This document shows positions 56,322 through 64,000 of a stretch of DNA of 64,000 bases, one piece after another. Below the pieces are notes generated by a model that saw only the letters and a program-made list of their open reading frames with translations, made no database searches and was not told where the DNA came from. Each line of letters opens with the position of its first letter. Within the stretch, counting starts at the first letter, position 1. A program made the position numbers and the translations under genes. Source of the DNA: an uncultured Staphylococcaceae bacterium (GTDB lineage: Bacteria; Bacillota_I; Bacilli_A; RFN20; CAG-826). The DNA is taken from NCBI GenBank assembly GCA_964654155.1, contig CAZZGL010000001.1, positions 34,426 through 98,425 on the forward strand, read 5' to 3'.

Positions 56322-59135
56322 TTAATATTTTTCGACTTTTATATCAGTTGCAGTTACAGGATTGTTAACACCTGCAGAAACATAATAACCGATTTTTGCT
56401 TCTTGTCCCCAAATATCAGATGGGAATAATGATGCTAAATCGCAAGTATCAACCCAGGCAGAGCCATTATGATAGGATGCAAGTGAAACTCCGTCAACAC
56501 TTGGTTTAAATTTACCATTATCGTATTCTAGGCCTAGGGTAAATCCTTTTGCTGGATCTGCTTCAATTCCGTAACCATATAGATGATGATCTTCACACAT
56601 CCAGAAACCTTTAAAATCAGTCCAATGGTCTGCATCATGTCCTCCGATAAATCCTTCAATAAGTATTTCGGTCATTCTTTGGGTGTGATCAACTTTATAA
56701 TGGGCACTTACAACAATAAAATTGTTTTCATCCCAATAAATTACAAATCCGTATAGTTTTTCATCTTCAATAGGATATCCTACTGTTGCTTTATAAGTAG
56801 TGGATAATTTAAATTTTCCAGTTGCGTTAATATCTTCACTAACTAAGAAATTATTTTCCCAAGCACTTTCTGAATTAATTAAATATGTTCCATCCTCATT
56901 TTTACTAATTGTTGCTGGAGTTGTACCACTTTCAACTAATGAATAAGAATGGGTTACAGGAATTGTTGCTAATGATTCAACTTTAATATCGGTGAATGTA
57001 ACTGTTTCTTCAACTTCTCCTCCATTAAAGCTATAGAAACCTATTTTTGCTTCTTTAGAAAAATCAGTGTCACTAAATCCGATTGTCAAATCACGTGTAT
57101 ATGTATAAACATCATTGCTCAAATAACCAATTGGATTACCATTAATGGATGGAGAAATTTTACCATTATCAAATGTAACAGAAAGAGTAAATCCGGCTGT
57201 TGGTTCAACATTTGTTACATTGTAAGCCCAGAAATCTGTCCAATTAATTGTGTTAACTATATCTTTTCCTCCAATAGTACCAATGATATTTAATTCACGC
57301 ATTTTAGATTCATAATCACTATGATATTGAGCATATACGATGATGTAGTTGTTATCATCGATGTACCAAGGAATTAATCCGAATTGACGTTCACAAGTGT
57401 TTGGATAACCAATAGATGATTTAATAAATGTAGAAACTGTATATTTTTCTTTTGCTAGTTTGCTTTCAGTTAATGCAAAATTCGATTTGTATGAATTTGC
57501 ATTTGAAAATGTAACATTATCATTATCATCAATAGAAATAGAAGTATTGCCTGCTTTGTTATATAAAGTGTATTTTGCGGTTTGTTCTTCGACTTCTACT
57601 TCTGTATAACTATAGTCACTGAATGTGATTGTGTCATCGCCTGATACATATAATCCCGCTTTGTTTTCAGTTTCACTATCGATACTTGAAATGTCAAATA
57701 TCTTTGTAGCAATAAAGTTTTCATTAAAGTATAAGCTTACACTTAATTGTTTTTTAACAGTTCTCACTTCAACTTTAAATTCATTGTTATTACTTAGAGG
57801 TTGAGCATATTTTGAATAAGTTGGATTATCTCCCCAGAAGTCATTAAAGCATGTTGCGCCAGTAACGCCTCCAATTGTGGAAACAATATTGAACTCTCTC
57901 ATTTGATGGGAACGTTGCTCTGAATTCCAATCACCATAAGCTAGAACATAATTGTCTTTATCATGGTAATAAGCAAGAATACCAACATGTTCGTCATATT
58001 GATTTGGGAAATCAGAAGTTCCTTGAGCGTTGACTTTAATATCATAATTTGCATCAACAGATGTATTATTTACTAATCCATATGTCCATGAATTAGGAGC
58101 TCCTTTTGTAACGATAGAAGGCTCGTTTTCAAACCACCAATGTCCTTCTTCTTCACTTACTATATTGCCTGACCATGGATCGGATAAAGATACTTCAGTC
58201 CAATTTTCTGAAGTGATGGTATGCAAGTTTGTTTCAGTCCATGTTGGTAAGCTAAATGATAAAGCTCCATTAGAAATGAAACCATCAGTTGCGGTACCAA
58301 AGTAAACTTGTAATGCCGTTGCTTCTGCAGTATCAGTTCCGCATACATATTTAATAGAAATTTCAGTATTTCCTTTACTTAATTCAACCGTTTTACCATT
58401 AATGGTGATATTACCTTCAACAGAGGAAGTAATGTTCCATTCTAATAAATATGCTTGATCTTTTGTTAATTCACTATTTTTATAAAGAAGTTGTAAATCA
58501 ACAAAAGAGGCATCGTTTGATTCATAGCTAATTTCATATGTTCCATCTTCGTTATCTTTTGCAGTTACAGTTACAGTATCTGTGTCTGCCCAGTAAGAAA
58601 GTGTTTTTTCTTCTAGATTTTCTTCAGTTGAAAATGGAATTTTCTTATATTCAGGATCTGGAGTAACTGCTTCTAAAATGGTAATTTCAACAGAAGCGGT
58701 TTTTTCTCCATCAGTGGTTGTAACTGTAATTGTTGAAGTACCAACTTTAGCGGCAGTAACAATATTACCTTCAATAGTAACATTATCGTTTGAGGCTTTT
58801 AGACTATAAGTTTTATCATCAGCATTTTCAGGTAGGACAGTAACACTTATAGTGGTGGTGTCACCGACATACAAAGAAGTTGATGATGCACTAATGCTAA
58901 CAGATTCAACATTGATAACAGTCACTGTTGATGTGCTAGAAGTGGAAGGGGTAGGAGTAGTCGGAGTTGGTGTAGAAGGTGTGCCAGTACTTGGAGTTCC
59001 TGTACTAGGAGTTCCTGTACTAGGAGTGCCAGTAGTAGGAGTATTTGTGGTTGGATTATCGTTTTTATTACAGCCAGCAATAGTACCCACTGTGAGCAAT
59101 CCTAATAACACCAAAGGCATTATTTTTTTGTTCAT
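56322..59135 (-). CDS. 937-aa surface lipoprotein: PT-rich linker, Big_2-like Ig module, CBM-like module and three tandem jelly-roll repeats
   Basis: Lipobox TIAGC. The linker reads TPTTGTPSTGTPSTGTPSTGTPSTPTPTTPTPSTSS. The Big_2-like module reads VESVSISASSTSLYVGDTTTISVTVLP...GTSTITVTTTDG. Three internally homologous modules of ~200 aa follow (see findings). Confidence 0.85.
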   Translation of the reverse strand: MNKKIMPLVLLGLLTVGTIAGCNKNDNPTTNTPTTGTPSTGTPSTGTPSTGTPSTPTPTTPTPSTSSTSTVTVINVESVSISASSTSLYVGDTTTISVTVLPENADDKTYSLKASNDNVTIEGNIVTAAKVGTSTITVTTTDGEKTASVEITILEAVTPDPEYKKIPFSTEENLEEKTLSYWADTDTVTVTAKDNEDGTYEISYESNDASFVDLQLLYKNSELTKDQAYLLEWNITSSVEGNITINGKTVELSKGNTEISIKYVCGTDTAEATALQVYFGTATDGFISNGALSFSLPTWTETNLHTITSENWTEVSLSDPWSGNIVSEEEGHWWFENEPSIVTKGAPNSWTYGLVNNTSVDANYDIKVNAQGTSDFPNQYDEHVGILAYYHDKDNYVLAYGDWNSEQRSHQMREFNIVSTIGGVTGATCFNDFWGDNPTYSKYAQPLSNNNEFKVEVRTVKKQLSVSLYFNENFIATKIFDISSIDSETENKAGLYVSGDDTITFSDYSYTEVEVEEQTAKYTLYNKAGNTSISIDDNDNVTFSNANSYKSNFALTESKLAKEKYTVSTFIKSSIGYPNTCERQFGLIPWYIDDNNYIIVYAQYHSDYESKMRELNIIGTIGGKDIVNTINWTDFWAYNVTNVEPTAGFTLSVTFDNGKISPSINGNPIGYLSNDVYTYTRDLTIGFSDTDFSKEAKIGFYSFNGGEVEETVTFTDIKVESLATIPVTHSYSLVESGTTPATISKNEDGTYLINSESAWENNFLVSEDINATGKFKLSTTYKATVGYPIEDEKLYGFVIYWDENNFIVVSAHYKVDHTQRMTEILIEGFIGGHDADHWTDFKGFWMCEDHHLYGYGIEADPAKGFTLGLEYDNGKFKPSVDGVSLASYHNGSAWVDTCDLASLFPSDIWGQEAKIGYYVSAGVNNPVTATDIKVEKY
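58981..59040 (-). repeat. 15-nt tandem repeat encoding (G)TPST units of the lipoprotein linker
   Basis: On the + strand there are four consecutive 15-mers: GTGCCAGTACTTGGA, GTTCCTGTACTAGGA, GTTCCTGTACTAGGA and GTGCCAGTAGTAGGA. Degenerate copies lie on both sides. Confidence 0.8.
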
Positions 59136-59209
59136 TTTTTTGAATCCTTTCTGAGGTTTTTTGATCGTTATGATTCTATTTCCTCTATATAAAAATTATA
59201 ATTTGCCTC

Positions 59210-59255
59210 AGTAACCGCTTACAATACGAAAAAATCACATAGTTATACAAAAAAA
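59210..59255 (-). promoter_or_regulatory. cre-containing promoter module upstream of the 937-aa lipoprotein gene
   Basis: The minus-strand reading is TTTTTTTGTATA-N18-ATTGTAAGCGGTTACT. TTGTAAGCGGTTACT fits the cre consensus WTGNAANCGNWNNCW at every constrained position. The module is homologous to 62016-62061. Confidence 0.5.
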
Positions 59256-59514
59256 CACCACATTTGCAGTGTTCAAATTATTTTGCTTTTTTTATTAAGG
59301 TATTTTGTTATTTAATTTTATAAAAATTAATTATTATACAAATATCATCTAAAATTAAAAATACGAAATATATTAAGTAGAAAAATAATAGGGGAAATGG
59401 ATTGCTTCTAAACAAAATACTTAGTTGCGTTTTTTCATATTTGATGTATTTATTTTTTAACAAATTAATATTTTTATTTATAAATAAATATGTTGGTCAA
59501 AAACAATATAATTA

Positions 59515-60339
59515 TTAACTTCTTCGTTTTTTAAATTCCCGAGGTGAAAAGCCAGTTTTACTTTTAAAAACCTTAGTAAAGTAATTGTAGTCATTAAATC
59601 CACATAATGTTGCAATTTCATGAATCTTAAGTTCGTTTTGACTAATTAAATCTTTTGCCCGAGTTATTTTTAGCGATAAGATGTATTCACTAACTCCAGT
59701 TTTGTACATTTCTTTAAAAAGATTATAAAGAGAAGTTCTAGACATTCCAAATTCATGACAAATATCAAGTGGCGTTACATTTTCTAAATGGTTATTGACA
59801 TAATTATCGATGCTGTTTAATAATGTGTCTTTTTTGTATGTTATTAATTGATTAGCTAGAATGTATGAAACACAGGCATTGAGTAGATAACTACAAGCAT
59901 CAATCTTATCTTTTGATAGAAACATGATATCTTCTAGCTTGTTAGAGATGTCCATTTTATACTTCTTTACTTTTGATGAAACAATTTTTTTTAATTCAGT
60001 ATAATCATTTATGTCGGTAATTTGGCCAAGCATTGCGTAGCCAATTATTTGATTATTGATACTTAAAGGAATAGAAATTTCTACTAAACCCGCATGACAA
60101 TGATAAAGTTGAATATCATTTGACTCCATTGCTTTATTGAAGTACATATGGTTTGATTTTTCGCAAGCTTCCGCGAACAAACAATTTTTTTGCATTTCTA
60201 AGCAAAACGAATGACCTTTTTCTGGGTAAGATAATATTTCGTTTCCATCATTTGAAAATATAACAATACGCACCCCAGTGATTAAGCAAAAAGATTTCAT
60301 TAATGTAATCAATTCATTTTTTTTAAATTTTAATTCCAT
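59515..60339 (-). CDS. AraC-family transcriptional regulator with N-terminal PocR sensory domain
   Basis: PocR-like Cys-containing sensor (FCLEMQKNCLFAEACEKS...YHCHAGLVEISIPL...GYAMLGQI) and a C-terminal double HTH (GMSRTSLYNLFK...FNDYNYFTKVFKSKTGFSPREF). Confidence 0.85.
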   Translation of the reverse strand: MELKFKKNELITLMKSFCLITGVRIVIFSNDGNEILSYPEKGHSFCLEMQKNCLFAEACEKSNHMYFNKAMESNDIQLYHCHAGLVEISIPLSINNQIIGYAMLGQITDINDYTELKKIVSSKVKKYKMDISNKLEDIMFLSKDKIDACSYLLNACVSYILANQLITYKKDTLLNSIDNYVNNHLENVTPLDICHEFGMSRTSLYNLFKEMYKTGVSEYILSLKITRAKDLISQNELKIHEIATLCGFNDYNYFTKVFKSKTGFSPREFKKRRS

Positions 60340-60459
60340 AAAAAATATCCAACTTTCTGTACATAATTACCAAGTATTGAACTTATTTTACTATATTTAG
60401 AGAAAACATTTCAATATTATCAAAGTATAAGTTTTTAAATATTTAAAGGAGAAAAATGT

Positions 60460-61953
60460 ATGAGTGGAAGAATTATTATTGATAAAAACGCGATTTTAGG
60501 TCACATTGAACCCGAAGTGTTTGGTTCGTTTGTTGAACATTTGGGTAGATGTGTCTATAACGGTATTTATGAGCCAAGTCACCCTCTTGCCGATGAAAAA
60601 GGTTTTAGAAAAGATGTAATGGAAGCAATCGCTGATTTACATGTTCCAGTTATTAGATATCCAGGAGGAAATTTTGTATCTGGATATGATTGGAAAGATA
60701 CAATCGGTCCTAATAGAAGAACAGTATTAGATTTAGCGTGGAAAGCACTTGAAACTAATGAAGTAGGCATTGATGAATTTGCATATTTTGCAAAAAAAGT
60801 CGGTTCTGAAGTGATTATGGCGGTTAATTTAGCTACTGATACAATTAAATCCGCACATGAAATAGTGGAGTATTGTAATCTAGAAGATCAAGGATATTAT
60901 GCAAACTTAAGGAAAGAACATGGAAGAGAAAAGCCATATAAATTTAGATATTGGTGTTTAGGAAATGAAATGGATGGACCATGGCAAATTGGAACTAAAA
61001 CAGCGCATGATTATGCTTTAATTGCTACAGAAGCTGCAAAAGTTATGAAATGGGTTGATCCAACTATTAAAGTTGTTGCTTGCGGATCATCAGCCTCTAC
61101 AAATCCAACTTTTCCAATGTGGGATGAAGAAGTTTTAGAAAAGAGCTTTGATGTTATTGATTATCTTTCATTGCATCATTATTTTACATATCCTACAGAA
61201 GACCATGATTTAAAGGAATTTTATGGTTCCGCAACTGTATTTGATAATTACATTTCAACTTTACAACATACTTTAGAATATGTAAAAGCTGTTAAAAGAA
61301 GTAAAAAAGAAATCTATTTCGCAGTAGATGAATGGAACATTTGGCATACATTTGATAAATCGAATGTTGTTGTCAAAGATTGGTCTTGTGGAATGCCTTT
61401 ATTAGAAAATCATTATGATTTTGCTGATGCAGTGGTTGTTGCTTCATTATTATCAACACTTATTAATCACGCTGATGTTGTTAAAATGGCATGTTTTGCT
61501 CAATTGGTTAATGTTATTGCTCCAATTTTAACACAAGTTGGTGGAGGACTTGTTAAACAAACAATTTATTACCCAATATCATTAATTTCAAATTATTTTG
61601 CTGATACTGATGCATTAAGAACTTTTAATTCAATTCCAACATTTGAAACAAAATCATATGGAGAAGTTCCTGAAATTTACACTTCTGTATCTTTTAATAA
61701 GAAAACAAATGAATATATTGTTTTACTTGTTAATGTTGCGTTGAAAGAAACTAGTATCGAACTTATTTTTGATCAAGATGTTAAACTTACTAGAAAAGAT
61801 ATCTATCATTGTGATGATCCACATCAAAAAAACACCTTTGAAGAGCCTTTTAAAGTTATTCCTTTTAATGAGATAATTGATGATGATAATTCCTCTAGAA
61901 ATCATAATATTCCACTACTTTCTAATAGTGTAAATATTTTAATATTTAAATAA
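60460..61953 (+). CDS. abfA: Alpha-L-arabinofuranosidase, GH51 (intracellular, no signal peptide)
   Basis: GH51 motifs IRYPGGNFVSGYDW, the acid/base Glu in CLGNEMDGPWQIG and the nucleophile Glu in AVDEWNIW. Confidence 0.9.
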   Translation: MSGRIIIDKNAILGHIEPEVFGSFVEHLGRCVYNGIYEPSHPLADEKGFRKDVMEAIADLHVPVIRYPGGNFVSGYDWKDTIGPNRRTVLDLAWKALETNEVGIDEFAYFAKKVGSEVIMAVNLATDTIKSAHEIVEYCNLEDQGYYANLRKEHGREKPYKFRYWCLGNEMDGPWQIGTKTAHDYALIATEAAKVMKWVDPTIKVVACGSSASTNPTFPMWDEEVLEKSFDVIDYLSLHHYFTYPTEDHDLKEFYGSATVFDNYISTLQHTLEYVKAVKRSKKEIYFAVDEWNIWHTFDKSNVVVKDWSCGMPLLENHYDFADAVVVASLLSTLINHADVVKMACFAQLVNVIAPILTQVGGGLVKQTIYYPISLISNYFADTDALRTFNSIPTFETKSYGEVPEIYTSVSFNKKTNEYIVLLVNVALKETSIELIFDQDVKLTRKDIYHCDDPHQKNTFEEPFKVIPFNEIIDDDNSSRNHNIPLLSNSVNILIFK

Positions 61954-62015
61954 AATTGATTGATTAATAATTTATTTTCATTACATTAAATATTTCCATA
62001 TTTTGTAATAAGTTG

Positions 62016-62075
62016 TTTTTTTGTATATTTGTGTGTTTTTATTGCATTGTAAGCGTTTACTTATATTTGTAAAAT
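62016..62075 (+). promoter_or_regulatory. cre-containing promoter module plus shared TTATATTTGTAAAAT motif upstream of SBP gene 2
   Basis: TTTTTTTGTATA-N18-ATTGTAAGCGTTTACT lies at 62016-62061, with the cre fit TTGTAAGCGTTTACT. It is followed immediately by TTATATTTGTAAAAT (62061-75), identical to 3669-3683. Confidence 0.5.
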
Positions 62076-62106
62076 TTAATTAACAAATTATTTTAGGAGG
62101 TATTAT

Positions 62107-63564
62107 ATGCAAAATAAGTATAAAAATCTATTGACAGGTTTCTTAGCTGTTATTTCCGCTTCAGTTGTGGCCTCATGCCAAGTAGTAACTACTGGTACAA
62201 CAACCGCTCCAGTTGATGTTGAGCTTTCTGAGCTCGAACGCATCATGAAGAAATATGATGATTTAGGATATAAGTATGAATATTCAGGAAATCCAGTTGA
62301 AATTACAATGTGTCACTGGGATTCTGCTGGTGCTTCTATTGAAAAGCAAGTTGTTGAAGCAGTTTTACAAGGATTTAAAGCCCGTTATCCTGATATCAGT
62401 GTCGATCTTGAAATTCTTCAAAACTATGAAACAATCTATGGTAATAGATTAGGAAGTAATCAAGCTCATGATGTTTTCTTAGTTCCAGATGGTTCGATTT
62501 CTGGATGGGCAAGTTCTGGTAAAATCATGAATTTAAGTCCATATATTGATGCTTCAGATTTATTAGATGATTTAGATGACATGTATGAATCTTGTTTAAC
62601 TAGATATCAATATAATCCAGCGACAGGTCGTATGGGTAGTGGCAATCAATTAGCATTACCAAAGGATATTGGACCATATGTTATGTATTATAATAAGGAT
62701 TGGTTTGAAATGATGGATGTGGATTTACCGCCTTCAGATAGAATAATGACAATTAGTGAAGCTGTTAATATGTGGCAATCTTTGACTAAATATAGCGCAG
62801 ATGGAAGCAAAATAACCGGTTATGCTGTTGCGGGAATCAATATAGAAGGTTTAGTTTGGTCTGCAGGTGGAGATTTCTTAAATGCTGATAGAACTGCATT
62901 TCCAACTGATGAGGCATCATTAAATGGTTTAAAACGCGGTTATCAATTTAAACAAGACTCCGTTTTAACTTGGCAAATTGAACCACCTTCATCTTTTACT
63001 CAAGGAACTGATGCTACACAATTATTTGCGCAACAAAAAGTAGCGTGTGTTATGGGAGGACGTTGGGAAGTTTCAACATTCCGTACTTTACCATTTAATT
63101 GGGATATTGCTTACGTTCCTTCATTTGAAGTAAATCCAACAAAGAATATGTATAGTGGTTCTGTTGGATATGGTGTTAATTCTAAATATGAAGCTGGAAA
63201 GTCAACCGCTAATCCAGATAAATTAGAAGCATCTTGGAAATTAGTGGAATATATTGCCTCTAAGGAAGGTCAAGAAATATTAACTTCAACCGGATTCCAA
63301 ATTCCTGTTTATGAAAGCTTAGCATTGGATGAAAAATTAGTAGCTTCAGAAAAAGAAAAAGGTCCTTATAATTATGAAATATTTGTTCAATCTGCAGTTA
63401 ATCAAGGATATGGACTATGGCAATATAGAAATAATGTTTTATGGAAAGAACAAGGCTATGATGTTCCTTCAGAAAACTTATTTGCCGCGGATGAATCAAA
63501 AAGATTAACAGTCGATGAATTTTTAGAAATTGCTAAAGAAAAAGTAAATTCTAATCTCGGTTAG
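62107..63564 (+). CDS. ABC transporter extracellular solute-binding lipoprotein (carbohydrate)
   Basis: AGGAGG RBS; lipobox VASCQ; SBP family-1-like sequence; followed by a permease gene. Confidence 0.85.
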   Translation: MQNKYKNLLTGFLAVISASVVASCQVVTTGTTTAPVDVELSELERIMKKYDDLGYKYEYSGNPVEITMCHWDSAGASIEKQVVEAVLQGFKARYPDISVDLEILQNYETIYGNRLGSNQAHDVFLVPDGSISGWASSGKIMNLSPYIDASDLLDDLDDMYESCLTRYQYNPATGRMGSGNQLALPKDIGPYVMYYNKDWFEMMDVDLPPSDRIMTISEAVNMWQSLTKYSADGSKITGYAVAGINIEGLVWSAGGDFLNADRTAFPTDEASLNGLKRGYQFKQDSVLTWQIEPPSSFTQGTDATQLFAQQKVACVMGGRWEVSTFRTLPFNWDIAYVPSFEVNPTKNMYSGSVGYGVNSKYEAGKSTANPDKLEASWKLVEYIASKEGQEILTSTGFQIPVYESLALDEKLVASEKEKGPYNYEIFVQSAVNQGYGLWQYRNNVLWKEQGYDVPSENLFAADESKRLTVDEFLEIAKEKVNSNLG

Positions 63565-63582
63565 TTTTTCTAGGTGATTTTT

Positions 63583-64000
63583 ATGGAAAAGACTAGAAAA
63601 ACGATTAATCGTAAAAGTAGAAACGAAAACATAATGGGGTGGACTTTTATCTCCCCATTATGTATTGGTTTAATTGCTTTCTTATTATTTCCAATGTTGT
63701 TTGCAATTGTAGTTTCATTTACTGATTTTAAGCTATTAAGTGGTACGGATTTTTTTGAGTTCAAATTTAATTTTACCTTTGATAACTATACTCGAGCATT
63801 TGCAAATACAGAATTTTGGGGATCGTTTTATAATGTTATTATCAATGCAATAGGGGTTCCAGTTGGTATCTTACTAGCGGTTTTCTTTACAAATTTACTT
63901 ATTAGAAATCCAAAAGGAAGCATGTTTTTTAGAACATTATTTTATCTACCAACAGTATGTGGTTCAATTATTATCACTTCAATTTGGAAAGTAATTTTTA
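63583..64000 (+). CDS. Sugar ABC transporter permease (MalF type), 3' end outside the window
   Basis: This ORF is absent from the track because it runs off the window. The ATG at 63583 follows TAGGTGA and the frame is open to base 64000. It encodes MEKTRKTINRKSRNENIMGWTFISPLCIGLIAFLLFP..., a typical permease N-terminus. The antisense track ORF 63570-63764 is a shadow. Confidence 0.8.
   Translation, partial: MEKTRKTINRKSRNENIMGWTFISPLCIGLIAFLLFPMLFAIVVSFTDFKLLSGTDFFEFKFNFTFDNYTRAFANTEFWGSFYNVIINAIGVPVGILLAVFFTNLLIRNPKGSMFFRTLFYLPTVCGSIIITSIWKVIF

Noticed and set aside
58852-59154. Many track ORFs lie inside or antisense to strong genes. Examples are 416-616, 2191-2376, 2629-2820, 2712-2945, 6979-7188, 8044-8298, 9476-9814, 10373-10603, 10921-11229, 11785-12090 and 15021-15209. 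Others are 15702-15962, 18787-18987, 20285-20473, 20571-20771, 24416-24601, 27994-28209, 28055-28270, 34271-34492, 37531-37788 and 37913-38101. The rest are 39006-39245, 41248-41625, 52005-52331, 52662-52862, 52944-53315, 53668-53949, 58160-58348, 58852-59154, 60579-60770, 61723-61905 and 63570-63764.
   Set aside because: Each overlaps a well-supported gene with clear motifs. They have no RBS and show low-complexity or composition-driven sequences; for example, the GVPVLGV repeat of 58852-59154 is simply the antisense of the PSTGT linker. They are treated as shadow ORFs.

Overview
AT-rich (by eye about one-third GC), standard-code (TGA is used as a stop) Firmicute chromosome segment, with most genes on the + strand. 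The centre is core housekeeping. It holds a B. subtilis-like array rimP-nusA-ylxR-ylxQ-infB-rbfA / truB-ribF / rpsO / pnp, interrupted by two lineage-specific insertions: a minus-strand TtcA-like PP-loop::GNAT fusion and an orphan membrane protein. Next come dapA, a tightly coupled three-gene GlpA-like flavoprotein set, an RNase J homologue with non-canonical metal-ligand motifs, ftsK/spoIIIE, an M16 peptidase pair, acpS, a cytoplasmic pullulanase, plsC, a fused MacB-type ABC exporter and rsmF. An endospore block follows (dacF-spoIIAA-spoIIAB-sigF-spoVAC-spoVAD-spoVAEb-spoVAF) with Spo0A-box motifs ahead of spoIIAA, then rarA, dtd and mnmA. After these sits a six-gene, almost gap-free pckA-oadA-oadG-BCCP-oadB-birA operon. 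Both window ends are accessory carbohydrate loci with the same parts list. Locus 1 (1-8605) has GH43, a large lipoprotein, an SBP, two permeases and an atypical MsmK-like ATPase. Locus 2 (55182-64000) has MsmK, a 937-aa triple-repeat lipoprotein, a PocR-AraC regulator, GH51 arabinofuranosidase, an SBP and a permease. An AT-rich decayed islet with a DUF1016-type nuclease pseudogene separates birA from locus 2. I found no tRNA, rRNA, CRISPR array, intact mobile element or recognisable defence system. The best candidates for something undescribed are the giant multi-jelly-roll lipoproteins with their shared cre-containing promoter modules, the pckA-oad operon logic, the degenerate RNase J, the PP-loop::GNAT fusion and the MsmK with a coiled-coil insertion. 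Endospore genes combined with Mollicutes-like protein extensions hint at an Erysipelotrichia-like or clostridial lineage, but that is a guess. All family assignments come from motif recognition by eye, not from searches.
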